Part shown: positions 12,136 to 25,800 of the stretch, one piece after another | How the letters are laid out: each line of letters begins with the position of its first letter | Position numbering within the stretch: position 1 is the first letter of the stretch | Assembly (NCBI GenBank): GCA_037379345.1 | Contig: CM074515.1 | Span: 36,709,743-36,773,742 of the forward strand | Direction: 5' to 3' | Length of the DNA: 64,000 nucleotides | Source: Perna viridis | Taxonomy: Eukaryota | The notes under the pieces: generated by a model | Told to the model about the DNA's origin: nothing | Database searches by the model: none | The model's input: the letters and a program-made list of their open reading frames with translations, nothing else | Program-made: the position numbers and the translations under genes

Positions 12136-14937
12136 GGTATTGATTGATGATGTTTTCTGCAAAGGCACGAAACTCAAAAGCGACAGAGCATTTCAGAAAG
12201 ATTATGCCTATCACGCGCATCCTTTTCTGTCATCTTGCAAAATCCTACAAGTGACGGACATATGTATTTACTATCAATTAAAAGCATTTGAAGTGATGTG
12301 AGATAATTTATTTTAATTATTTCAAATGATTTTCACATCAAAATAAGAATGGTAAAATTAAAAACATTATTTTAAAAAGGATGATAATAGACGGGAAAAC
12401 GTTCCATTGAAATGTATACGGAAAATTAGTATTTTTAATATTGTAAGATAAAAAGTTCGGTGACCCCAGTTTTTGTTTTGACCGTGGATTTTTTCACTTT
12501 CGTTGTCGGGGCATTTTGGGGCTTACTTGAAGATGTATTTACACTTTTGATGATTTCTGTAAGTATTTACTATTTTTAGAAAGGTATGTTATACGAAGGT
12601 TCAATTGTTGCGTTTCTACATATTTTTTTCCTTTTTCTACTATACGATATTTTACATTTCACTTTTTTTTCGTTTCTTTTATTTGTATGTTTGTTTCTTG
12701 GTGTTGTGTGGATATTATTATAGTTTTCCTCTTTTTTAACGTCATTTTAAACTTATTTTGTTATATTTATTTGTCTATTTTCATTTTTCAGAGATTCTGT
12801 AGATACACAGTCGTCAAAATCATAAAAGGTGATGAATTGTTTACCTTAGTAGTTAAAAATTCATTATCATTACAACAATCTGTGATATTCAAAATGTAAA
12901 TCGATTTTCTTGTGTGCATTAAAGCATTTAATTTTTGCAAATTATTCAACCAAGGAGTTCGTCATAACAGATAAGGTATTAATAATGTCTGGCAAGTTAC
13001 ACAGTTTTTCCGACGCTGTCGGTATAGTTTCACTTTTTACCCTTTGACTTTAAGGAGGCTCTTCTATGGCAATGCAAGTCACCTGATAGCAATTCCGTTT
13101 CCCGATTGGCCAAATACTGATAACTTATGGCGTTCAAAAAACGGTATAGAAAATTTTAATTTGCGTTGGCAAAAAAAAAAACTGTAGTGAAATTTGAAAT
13201 TGCGTGCCATGTGTTATTTTCTTGAAAGAAATTTTGAAACTTAGAAGTAAAATTTTACTGCGTCGGCTCTCTTATTTTTAAAAGATAGTACTTGTTTTCA
13301 ATAGCATACTTTATAATTTGGTATGAAGATTATTTATGAAATTAAAATTAATTTCTAGAAACATAATTTGGCACTTTCTTTGTCAATTTATGGTGTTTCA
13401 TTTCGAGTAGCCGTTCTGTCATGTCAATTTCTTAACACAAATTAGGAAAAACATACAATTATTTTATTCACGTGCAATTTAAACTAGTTTTGCAAAAGCT
13501 TGACATTGCTTAGTGCAGAAAGTTTCAGCCAAATACGTTATACTTGCATGGCATCTATTAAAGTGCTTTCTGAGCAAATATGTGCTATCTGAGCAAGTAT
13601 ATAGACAAGTAAAAATCAATATTTTTGTACGATTTTCCCTCCCTTTCTATAAATTCATTCGTTTTCTGTCTATAGTTTTAAACCTGTGTATAAACATATA
13701 TCTAGTCATTATGATATTCAATTTAACCGGTTTCATTTGTTCTACAATGAGACTTCTTCTACAGTGCGTAAAGATAAAATTGTGCGGTGAATAGGCCTAG
13801 GTGGTTGGAGAGGACAGGAATGAGAGAGGATGATGAGGATTACTATTATTATTATAATAATTGATACTTTACATTAGATAAATAGATCTTTAATACATAG
13901 ATATATTTATAGCTACTCTACTAAATTTATCAATGTTTATTAATTTATATAAACCAATTTATAAGACATACGCTATTGTACAGTTTAAATTGAATCATTT
14001 CGCATCCGTGGAAAATGAAAACTGAAAACTCAAAAATAAAATTAATCCAAAACAGAAAAAAAATTGTTTTGGTGTATTACTTCGAATTCTTTCTAAAGAA
14101 TACTTTGATTTTGTGGCAAAACAGAGCTGGAAGATTTTTTTTTCAAAGTAAAGCCAGTTGGCTAATTTCAAACAAATCGTCATTTGAAATCGTATTTTAT
14201 TAAAGTATGATCTAGTTTAATTTTTGTGAGTATGTTTTGTACTTATAATCATATGAATATACATAATATTGTTATCTGACTCAATATATAATATGGGAAT
14301 ATGAATATTATATATGTAATTATTAATTTATTTGCACCTGTTTGTGATGCTTCCAAACACATTATCATGACTACACTGTCAAACATGCCATTCATCAAAG
14401 TCATAGAGCTACAACTTATTTATCTCTTAAGGAAATATGAAACGACAAAACATAATTTTCTCTCAACCAAAACAAACTTATGGTTTTTTCATTTATCATG
14501 TTGTTGAGTACAAAAAAATATCCATATAATTACTAGTATTCTTACATTATCATTGGTAGAGGTGTTAAAAGAATCGCAAAAACCTCCCGAACAAACGTTG
14601 TTTTTTACCGGTCTACATATTTTTTTATGTAGCTAAATTTCTTTCTGTATGCAGATATGTATTTTGGTGATAGGCCATGCACTCTTATCCCATTAAATCA
14701 ATCAAAGCAAGAATATTTTTTACTCTTCCAAAGTACCAACTCCATATACAATTTATTTTATTTTTATCTCAAAAGTGCATCAATCGAAAGACAAACTAAG
14801 AATGGTTATGTGGTCTGTTACAAATTCTAAGAAATAAAAGTGAATTATGCGTGTTTATACAGACTGCTTCTCAAAGCATGTGTCAAGATTTAACACGCGT
14901 CCGTTTGGTATTTTCTAAGAAAAATATGACTTCTTTT

Positions 14938-15230
14938 TTCATCCTGAGCTCGTTTCGCATTAGTTTAATTGATATGCTAATCGTATTTGTCCATTATCAT
15001 ATGATTATCAATTTATCATATGTTTACTCTTGAGGATCATATATAAATCATGTGACTGCCATAAGTAAATTAGCGTATGTCTCTTTCACCCTGAACTCGT
15101 TTCACATTAGTTTAATCGATCTCATTTACATGTTAAGTCAAGCAAATGCTAATCATCAAATGATTATCAAATGCTTACACTTAAGGATCATTTATAAATC
15201 TTTTGACTACCGTAAGTAAATTATCGTATG
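14938..15230. repeat. Diverged tandem duplication, about 150-bp unit, 2 copies
   Basis: ttcatcctgagctcgtttcgcattagtttaat...aggatcatatataaatc...taagtaaattagcgtatgt repeated as ttcaccctgaactcgtttcacattagtttaat...aggatcatttataaatc...taagtaaattatcgtatgt. Confidence 0.7.
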
Positions 15231-16699
15231 TTTTACATGATTTTAGAAGTTTATCTCATTAATCGAGCGTCATATATGATTATCTTACATGCGTGGCATG
15301 TTTGGCTTTTAATATGCTGCGTTGGTTCAATAAAGCAGTTTACTATTTTCGCTGTATTTTAAATTTATCTACCATTTCGATGCATGTTACCAAGTAACAC
15401 ACTTCATGTTTATAGATATGAATATTTAATCATATTGAATTAAAATGTATTGATATATATTTTAGATAAAATAATAAAGTTATATTCATACAATTTGAGA
15501 ATACTTATTAATTCTATTAACACTACTACATAGATGGAAAACATAACATCAGCTTGCACAAGGTCTGCCACCAGTGGCAAGTCTAAAAATTCCGAAAAGA
15601 GAAAGGGCTCAGACTGTGCGGAAAGGAGGGGGCTCCATCGATTTCATCTTTTTGTTAAACCAACCAAACTTTTGAAGCATAAAAATGGTCTGCCTAAGAA
15701 AAGGGTTCACCTGGTAAGTACATTGTATTTACTACTCTACACATACATTCAATTACTTCAAAGAAACAGACATGAGTAAAAAACAATTTACTGAAAAAAT
15801 GCAAATAAAGGGAGTAAAAAATTTAAAATGAACAAAACTACTTTAACTAAAATCTGGGATAAGGGATCCAAATGAATGGAAAATGGCCAAGAAAATGTGA
15901 CTATGAGTTTCCAACTTTTGTCCATCTATATAACGAGGTCGAGATCACAGGTATGGGGCACGGATGGTTTCGACCTCCCCCTTTTTCTCGACAACCTATA
16001 TTTCCTTCCGATTCGTTAATTTGCTTTGAAATACAACAAACTACAATTCTTATATGCACATTCAAATTTTTGGTATCTTGTATACCTGGTTTCTAGGGGT
16101 AACCCCTCATCAGCAGAATTAGAACAAATTACATAGGAAGATCAAACTCCAATAAAAAAAAGTCTACAAGAAGTACTCGACAACAACAAAAATCATAATA
16201 GGAAGCCAAATTAAGCACAGAGAAGATTTACCATAATCAATACAAGGAATAGACCCTCATAACTGTTTTAAGGGGTGGGCATTTCTTTGTTAAATTTCCA
16301 TCATACATCATCAAAAAATTTGAATTGTGAAAAGGAAGTAGATAAGTAAAGAATCTGGTAGAGGAAAATAGGTACAAATCATGCAAAAGCAAAACACCAG
16401 ATATCTAAGCATTCTCTCAAATAGAACCAGAAAAAGGTGTAAAGGACAGATGGAATAGGTGATTGCAATATAGTCCCATTCTAATGTGGGGTATAAAAAA
16501 ATTGTCTGTGTAGTTTCGTTTTATCCGACTTTCAGTATGGATATTCATGTGTTCATTGAGCAATGTTTTACTAGTAGGTGTACCTTTCCTTTGTTTACAC
16601 ATGCACACCATATTATGATCGTGAGCAGTATATACACACTTAAACTCTTAATTTGGATTGTGATTCAATGCTGGACAAGATCCTGACCAACATGAAAGT

Positions 16700-18480
16700 A
16701 GTCAAATAACTTTATATCTAGACATCGGGAATAAGCAAGTTATAAACAATTTTTTTAAAATTGGTCATTAATCCAAACCACCCTTTTGTGGTGTGGAATC
16801 TAAAATTGCAATTTCATACAGATCAAATTACTCTGACTTGCCCTGACACCAGAAAATTGTTTGACTTCTTTGTTCCTAATTTCAAAATGGATATGTTAAC
16901 CACCCAAAATGAAATAAATGCTAGCATAACTTTGGCTATATAGCGATCTATATGCTATTTAAGTTAAATTTCATCAAATGCTTGCTTCTGATCAAAATTC
17001 CAAAATGGATGGAACCATAACCACTAAAATCAATACCTAGTTTATTTTTGAGGTTTACAACCTTGTTATTAAATTTTATCAAGAACTACTCACATATATT
17101 CAAATTTCAAGGTATCAAATGATAATTTAATTTCAGATGAAATTATGATGAAAACATGTTTACCGATTGGATAAAAAAACTGTCCATCATGACATAGACC
17201 AAATTGTGTAATGTGACTGTGATGTCATCAACATTTTTGCTGCTTTTCCTCTAAAATTTGATACTGAAATTAAATTATAAGGAATGACTGCTATAATTTT
17301 TCGGTCTATCTGAAATAACCTCAATGTTCGTGGTGCACACTTGAAAATAACCTGCTACCCAAGTTATTTAGTCTGCACTACGTAATTGAGATTGTTTCCT
17401 TATAGATTGAAAATATAAAATTCCTAAAAAACTAAGTGTCCATGAATGAAAACAGAGAAAATAAAAAGACATTACAGACATCAGTGTGATATCATGATAA
17501 AACTGCAATTTTATCTTTTTTTTTCCAGTTGTATAAAAATGAAAGCTACCAATTACACTTTATAATACCACTGAGTTAGTTAGTTGAATTATTAGTTCAA
17601 ATAAAATACTTCAAAGGGTGCAGCTTGATACAACTGGAGAGGTCAAACACTGAACCATTGGGGCAAGTATGGACTCACCATTCAAACTTGATACAGCTTT
17701 AAATTTTTAGGGCAGTTTGACATTTGACCAAAATCAGAGTGGTCCCTTATGCATCTGGTTTCAGACAAAACCTCCAAAACCTATTCCAACCTTGCTTTGA
17801 GAATATGGCACGTTGATGCACAATTTCAAAGCAGTGCATTTCCTTTTCAAAAGTCAATTAATTCAAAACTCAGAAAAATGCTTGTTTCTGGACCCTCTGT
17901 ATGCCCTAATTTATAACTGGATCATGTCACAATCTCTAAGATAAATACCAGTCTTCATTTGGTGGTGTGTGACCTTGTAGTTAAAGTTAATAGATCACTT
18001 CACTTTTACTCAGATTACAGTCAGAACATTGGGAAAATGCAGGTTTCTGGCTCCTAACTCTTAATTGGTCATAACACCCAAAATTAATTCTTTTCTTTTG
18101 GTGGTATGGCAATTTCAAAGAGATCCATTTGCCTATAATCAAGTTATTGTGCTAATGTCAGAAAAATGCTTATTTCTGGCCAATGTTAAAGAGTCTTAAC
18201 CCTGAAAGCCAAGTCTGGCCTTTAATGGTTCAGAATATTGTGGAACAAAATCAATATCCATATGCTTTTATCGGAGTTATATAGTTAAATTCTATGAAAT
18301 GTTTATTTTTGGGCCCCTTTCTGGTCCCATATTTTAAAATTGTTGGTGCCATAACCTCTTTAATCAATACCACTTCATCTTGTATACTGGAACCATGTGA
18401 GACAAAAAGAACAACAAACTAATATTTAAGTAATTCCACTACAACCAAGTGTCTACAGAAGACTAATGCCATTATACCAA
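16700..18480. repeat. Old interspersed repeat with degenerate internal tandem units; related copy at about 59490-60940
   Basis: Shares tatgga..caccattcaaacttgatacag with 59545-59571. Recurring accaacc...tggtgtggaa / ggcccctt / ccataacc units. Boundaries approximate. Confidence 0.5.
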
Positions 18481-18691
18481 AACAATCCTTTTTACATCTA
18501 TATAAATAATAAGCATATGTCAGGCAAAAATATTTTTTAATATTTTCAGAGTTGTTATAATGTATGAATAACAAAAACTGACTGATGTGTAATGTATTGG
18601 TCCTTCAGACAGTGCAAACACATCCAAAGAATATCTCCTTATTTACTAATACTGTAAAGTCAAAAATTGTAATGTGAAGGTGTTATATATA

Positions 18692-19130
18692 AAGTGAAAC
18701 CTGTCCAAACAGAACCCTGAATTAACCCAAAACCTGTCTAAACTGAACCCTGAATTAACTCAAAACCTGTCAAAACAGAAATCTGAATAAACCCAAAACC
18801 TGTAAAAACAGAACCCTGAATTAACCCAAAACCTGTCTAAACAGAACCCTGAATTAACCTAAAACCTGTCTAAACTGAACTCTGAATTAACTCAAAACCT
18901 GTCAAAACTGAAATCTGAATAAATCCAAAACCTGTAAAAACAGAACCCTGAATTAACCCAAAACCTGTCTAAACAGAACTCTGAATTAACCCAAAACCTG
19001 TCTGAACCAAACCCTTTTTGAGTCCTTCCACATCAGTTTAAATGTTTAAAACCTGGTTAAACCGAACATCTGTCTAAACCTGACAAATTTTGAAAGTCCA
19101 GAAGGGGTTTGGTATAGACAGGTTTCACTG
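18692..19130. mobile_element. Tc1/mariner(pogo)-type MITE carrying an internal 33-bp tandem array
   Basis: TA flanks; TIR aagtgaaacctgtc / gacaggtttcactg. cctgt recurs every 33 nt from 18700 to 18997 (9 full units). Confidence 0.85.
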
Positions 19131-22100
19131 TACTTAAACCAAACAAATTTATAGATTTGTCCTTCATAAATAAAATTGTAGCACAGCATTCAATATTTGT
19201 TCAATTCATGTATATAAATTAAGTTAACATTTTTATGCAAAAGTGCAAATACATTATCAAATATTTGGGAGTAAAGCACTTGTGTCATATTTAAAACAAA
19301 TCATTTGGAACTTAGCAACAATCAAGCAAATAACACCTCTATAAGACATTATAATTACACATATATTATTGTCTTCACATACGTGTACAACCACACACAT
19401 ATCATGCATCACCACAAAATACATACTCATTTTTAACACTGAAGTTTGAACCAAGACTGGGAACACACAAGAAAATTCATGATATACCATGAGTATAAAA
19501 CAAGTAGGAGTTGAGACAAAATGTTTTTATACTATATAATTCAATTGTAATTGTTTTTGTTGACAGGACATATTTAAAGGTGATTGCGTATTGTAAATAA
19601 TTGTTGTAATCTTATAGTACAATATGAAAACAGCGAAAGAAACAAAATTATTTTACTATCTAAACATTAACTGTATATTCAGGCCGTTTATATCAAAAGC
19701 ACTACCAATTAGCCTGATACATAGGGTTTCACTTTAGTGAGATAAAGGTTGCAAAAGCCCCCCACCCTACCCCAAAAAAATAAATAACCATTTGATAAAT
19801 CTTCAGTTTCTAAAAAAGTATCTATCACTACTATTTCAATATAAAACAGAAAATGATTGACTCTTAAATTTGTACATGTAAAGCTTCTTTCTATTTAACT
19901 GATATAAAAATAAACTTTCTAATTAATACCTGAACTTACAAAGAGGAGAAAAGGGTACATGCTTACAGATCTTCAACACATCACAATCAAAACCATACAG
20001 CATGCATATATATATGGCCTCTACCATTGGTATAATCTGGTGGAATGAAAGACACTGAGCACTAAATTTAAGTACAATTTCTCTTAAGATCTTGCTGTCT
20101 ATGTTAATCAAATGCCCAACCATGATTACAGTACATATCATAGCTTGTAACCTAAAAATAGTAATACATTGTACATGTACAGGTATATAAAGAAAAGATG
20201 GCACTTATGGAAGACTGCTAAATTCTCACGCAATATGAAATAATGTCCACGTCATTTTATAGTATAAATTCATTATGAGAATTTCAAAGTTCTTATAACT
20301 GCTTATAATCAATAGAATCAATAAAAATATTCATTAGGAAATTTACTCTCCCTCTCTAAGCCAGTGATTTAAAAAAAAAAAAGCATGTGACTTAATCCTC
20401 CGAGCAGTTATCAAATTTTTGCAAGATGTTCCCTGTCATTTTACAAGTTTTTTTTTAATACAGATTTTGCGGGAAAAAAAATTGTCTTTAGCTAATTCTT
20501 GATTTAACCATTTCTCCGCTCTTTATGGTAAAATTCTGATTTTTTTACATGCTCACTACAGCTTGTATGTTGAAGATCTAAATTTTTCCACTTCGAATTG
20601 AGAAAAAATTTAAACCAATCATTACTCAAGGTGAATCTACATGTAAACACTGTATAATCCTTATAGTTGTCTTGTTTAATATTTCTCATTTATTTAACAA
20701 TGACAGTAGGACCTTATGAGACTAGTACTATAGAATGTCAAGCAGTTGCTAATACACACTTAAAGATACAACAAACTCATAATAAACCATTTTCATGTTT
20801 ATGCAAATTAATCTTTAGACATAAATGCTCTTGTATTGATTAGCAATTAATCATGGAAAACGCTTAGCATAATAGGCTTCATCATAAAACTAATTCTGAA
20901 AATAGGCAAATTTTTAATTGGGATGATTTTCACTATATTTCTTGTTATGAAATATCCACAAAAAAAAAAATAACCCCAATGTCAAAATGTTCATACTTAC
21001 CACGAAAATTTATTGTCATTCATAAATACTTAACAGGACAACTATTCTATTTAATGTCAGTAAATGTAAGAAAACATGGGGTTTACAAAATTCTTTAACA
21101 CGGCTTTTTAATGCAAAATTAAGAAATTAGTTAAGGGTGCAGGACAAACTAAAAACTGTAAACAGAAAACTAAATAATCAATGGGTTTTTTACTTGAAAT
21201 ACATGCAAGAATGATTAATTTCTGCACAGTCAGGTTAATTCATGGTAGGACTTGCCAAAGTTGCCACAATCTTCCAGTTGTTTTTATCATCTGGATTGAA
21301 GGTCAGAGACAAGATATATCCTGATGACAATATTATGGAATGAAGAAGAAAATAAGAGATCACTCTAGTAAAGCTTTGTAATATTAAAAAAAAACAGTAA
21401 AAAGGTCAGTATTCATAGATTTTGCAAAAGCCTTATTTTACAGGGGTTAAACTTTACCTATAAGAGTGAAAAGTTCTGTTCTTTCTCCACTCAAGGAAAA
21501 CAAGTCCCCAATAGAGTGACAATCATGAAGTTTATAGTCAAGGGCCAAGGTAAATGAAAATTTTAAAGGTCAGAGGTCAGAAACTGGGAGTCCTGGACCT
21601 CAGACCACAACTAATTTAATCCCATTGTTGTGTAACACATTGTATATGTAATTTTGAAAATCAATGCATTTTTTCTATACAGAAAACACCAAGATGTTAA
21701 GTTATTAATACTTCAACAAGTATATACTTAAATATTATAAGCATTACGGTAAAAAATAGCACAATATACAAAATCTAGTAGTTAATTAAAGTTACTCTAC
21801 TCGAAACAGTTATTGCATCTTGAACATAAATATGCATATAAATAAATTATCATCTATCCCAGCACTAATTTATTAACAAAAAGTCTAAAGCATTTAAATA
21901 AATCAATTCAACAACCTACATAGCACTTTAGTTATGACACTGTGGAATGTTTAGAGGTCTTCATCAATGCAGATTAAAAATCTCAGAAAGGGCAACATTA
22001 CCACATAAAGACTGGTATAATTTTGTCACATGTACAGTACCAGTTAGTACTATGAAACAGAGTGAAATTTCACCAAAGTCTTTGAAATAGTTAGAACAGT

Positions 22101-22829
22101 ATACCTCTTTAGTTTGCAGGGAGGTCAGCTGGGTAAAATTGTGTTATATTCTGTAATAACCAGTTATTGGAATTTGTGTACACAACTCCCTCCTTATATT
22201 AATCATATAACAGATGAAAATTAAAAAGGGGAATAATCTACAAAAGTAAACAAAACCTGGGGAATGGATAACCATAAAACATTACACCCATCAAATTAAC
22301 TTACAAAAATACCATGGTAATTACAGGTAAAGGGTAAATGAACTTACATTAAGGGAGCAGAATGAATAGTTAACACTCTCTCAAATATAAGAAGACGCAA
22401 AGAGAAGCTTAACTGCCATTTTTAAATGCTTTACATATAGACTATTTTTTACATGTAGGTAACAATCATAGACTTACTCCAGTTAACAGTTTTAAAACAT
22501 GTACTTTCTAGATCTTTCACGGTTTATTTATAATCACGGATAGAGAAATGTTTCCATCCCTGAGCATAATGAGCTATTGTATCATAACAAAACAAGACAA
22601 AAAGCAGAACTTTAGTGTTTGTTCACTGGCTCTCACACTTTCAATGCATTATTAGCACAGAGAATCACAGAGTGTGTCTACTGTTTTGATTGGATGATAT
22701 CAGTGAAAAAATATGAGTGATGTAATATGGCCTGTCATTGGTCAGTCTGTTCCAAGGGAACAAATGCCTCCAGATAATTGGTCATGTCCAAGCTGCCATT
22801 CCAACAGCATGCACACAGCAGAATACTTT

Positions 22830-25800
22830 TTAATCTATGACAGACATTAAAATTTGTACTTCTTTATACAATTGTCCCAATTTTCCGGGTGACGACTGTT
22901 TCTTTTGTATCACAACTCTGACTTCACATAAATGATTATAACAACCATTGCACTTCTTGATTCTGCAAAAAAATGAAAATCTAGAACAAGATCCAAGATC
23001 TGTACTCATAGCTTTCATATTCTATCAATTGGGGTCAAATCATAACACAATGTCTTTTATACTGCAACTGATCTATACAACCAGTAAATAAATTGACCAT
23101 ATACTTCCAGGTGAAACACAGTCACTATCTGAATAAAACTGCATTGTGACTTGAAGTTAACAAGATAATCAACATTTTCTTTTTTTTTATTGTTTTGTTA
23201 TGTTTTAAATGCTGGCAGTTGGTCCTGATGATTGTGCCTGAAGAATTTCAATATACATGTATTAATACTCTTCTGTAAAATTGAGACTATATTTGAGGCT
23301 GTTGTCAATATTTAGTTGTGTATAATTTACCTTTCCTCTCTGGACAAATCAACACCTATACTTGGCGCTGATGTAATATTAGACTTTATCACAGGTCCAA
23401 AATTTCTAAGTATAATCTTCAAGGCATTACAGGCAGCTTCAACATGACTGAAAAAAAAGGTCATTTGAAAAGAATTCAATTCCTTCTTGATTTAGCCAGT
23501 AATGAATTATCAAATTTTCGTGTGTAATAAATTTCACTCCTTATGATTTGGTTGTTTCATATGCTTCTTGGACGGCAAGATATTTGTGATATCAAAAATA
23601 TATGCGATATGAAAAATTTGCTGTCATAAATGGTTTTTGTGTATCTTTCTCTACAAAACTGACTTGTTGAAAGCAACCTTGTGATGTTTCTTATGATGTT
23701 CTCCAAAAATATTGGTGAAGTCACAGACAGAAGATCATTAAAATTTCTATCATGGCAGATGCCAAATGTCAAGCAGACAAATATTTAACAATTTTTTGCC
23801 ATAACCTCCAAATTTAATAAAGCTTTTCCATCTTGACTGTATACTGTAAAAGTACTATTGTTTGTGGGTTACCAATATTTTCTCCATGTTTTCATATGGC
23901 ACCTCCATTAAAGAAATAAAGTCCTACACTGGTTTCACACATTTTTCCACTTTCATATAGCAAATATGTATAAAATGAGTATAAGAAAATTTACTAAGTT
24001 ATTTCACAAGGATTTTGACAAAAATGTTTGAATTTGTATTTTATTGCATATATTTTTTTTCATGATATTGCTAAAATCAGTTTTTAATGGTAAATCTGCA
24101 TTTTTCCCTTTGATCTTGTTGACAGACAGTTCCTTATCTCTAACTACGGCTATTCCAGCAAAATTTCCCTGGAGGGAGTGAAATGCCACTTAAATATTTA
24201 TACCTTGGTTGGAGGTATTTCTGATATTCTACACAATTTAATGAATTGGTACCCCTTATGAATTGTGGCATTCCACCTCCTTCTGGGAAATTTTACTGGA
24301 ATAGCCCTTAGAAATATATGACATCTTCTTTTAAAGTATTGAATGAAAATGCGATCACATAGCAACAGTGTGAAGACACACACCTAGATTTTTTTTTGCA
24401 TGACAACAGTCCAAAAACTAAATGTACATTAAAATGATTAAAACTGCATAAAGAAAAAAAATTCCTTTCAATTTGATATTGTCTGTATCAAAACCCAAAT
24501 AAAAATTATTCTGTATATCTCATTACCTTTCATATTTACTAGTCAGGAGATCTTTGACTTGAGGTAATAAACTACTACACAGATCTAGGTTCCATAATCC
24601 ACTAAAAAAAAAACCAAATATTATGTTATATTAGATTCCAGGTCAAATGTCGATTTCGTTCAACTCCCTATGGTTTTGCCAATGGCATTTCAACTTGATT
24701 TTGTCTTTAGGACTATTAAAAAAAAAAAGAATGTATGGGTCTGTCCGAAGAATTTTTTTTCATTTTACCCCACCATGGATAAAACTATAATATATTGTTT
24801 ACTGTCTTTCATAAATCAGGTTGTCAGAAATGACAACCACCCATCAATTATTAATTCAAGTGCCTTCTGACACCACCCCATACAATTATTTCTAAAAATA
24901 GCCGTTAGAGAAGATTAAAGTGTTAGTCTGTAGCAGCATGTTACTTTTCCACATTATTTTATCTTTAGTGTGGCTTGTTCAAAGGTTCAAATTAACTTTC
25001 AAGTGTGGAGGGTCCTGGACTATTTGAAATTTCAAATCAGTGGTACATTTGTGGAAAAAATAAGTATCATTTGGAGTTTTGAAGGTCAAGGACCCAGGTA
25101 AATGAAATTTCAGTTCCTTAGTAATAAATTGAGGGTCCTGGATCTCAAACCACTACTCAACCCTTTCTTAAATTAACCAAATTAAAATCAATAACCCTTG
25201 CAAGGTACCAATTTCATGTACAATCTACTTATATTTAATTCAAAAAGTACAAGTGAATGACAAACTAGAATAAAAAACAAAAAGTGAATTTTGTGTATTT
25301 TTGCCATGCATGAAAAACCTCCTATCTGATAGTTGAAAAGACTGCTATTTACTTTTAAGTACCATTCTGTGTAAGAATCAGGCAATGGGTGGCACAACAT
25401 TTTTCCCAATTTAGTCTTTTTTGCCTAAAATATATCCAGTACATCTAGAAAAAAACCAAAAAGCTAATTAACTTTATCCTGAAGCATCTGTGACATAAAT
25501 ATTTTTGACTACTTATATAGGGAAAGAGTGCAGGAAAATTTTCCCAACATTTTTCCATAGATTTCAACTAAATTTGACTTATCAATATCAAATTTGACTT
25601 ATCAATATCATAAAAGGGCAAATTTTACAAACACTTTGATGGTCACTTCTGGTGGTTTCAGCTATAATTAATTGGTGAATGCAATAAAATCTCTGCGTTT
25701 TTTCCCTTCATGTGCCACACCTTATATACATTTTGCCCGATTCTTAAACAGAGAAGCACTTAATACCATTTTGTAAATCCACTTTACATTCAGTACTTAC

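Noticed and set aside
12687-12899. ORF/exon after the strong acceptor at 12791 as coding
   Set aside because: No recognisable homology; at most a 3' UTR exon.
18700-19010. 33-bp periodic array as a CRISPR-like locus
   Set aside because: Units are contiguous with no unique spacers, lie inside MITE TIRs, the context is eukaryotic and there are no cas genes.
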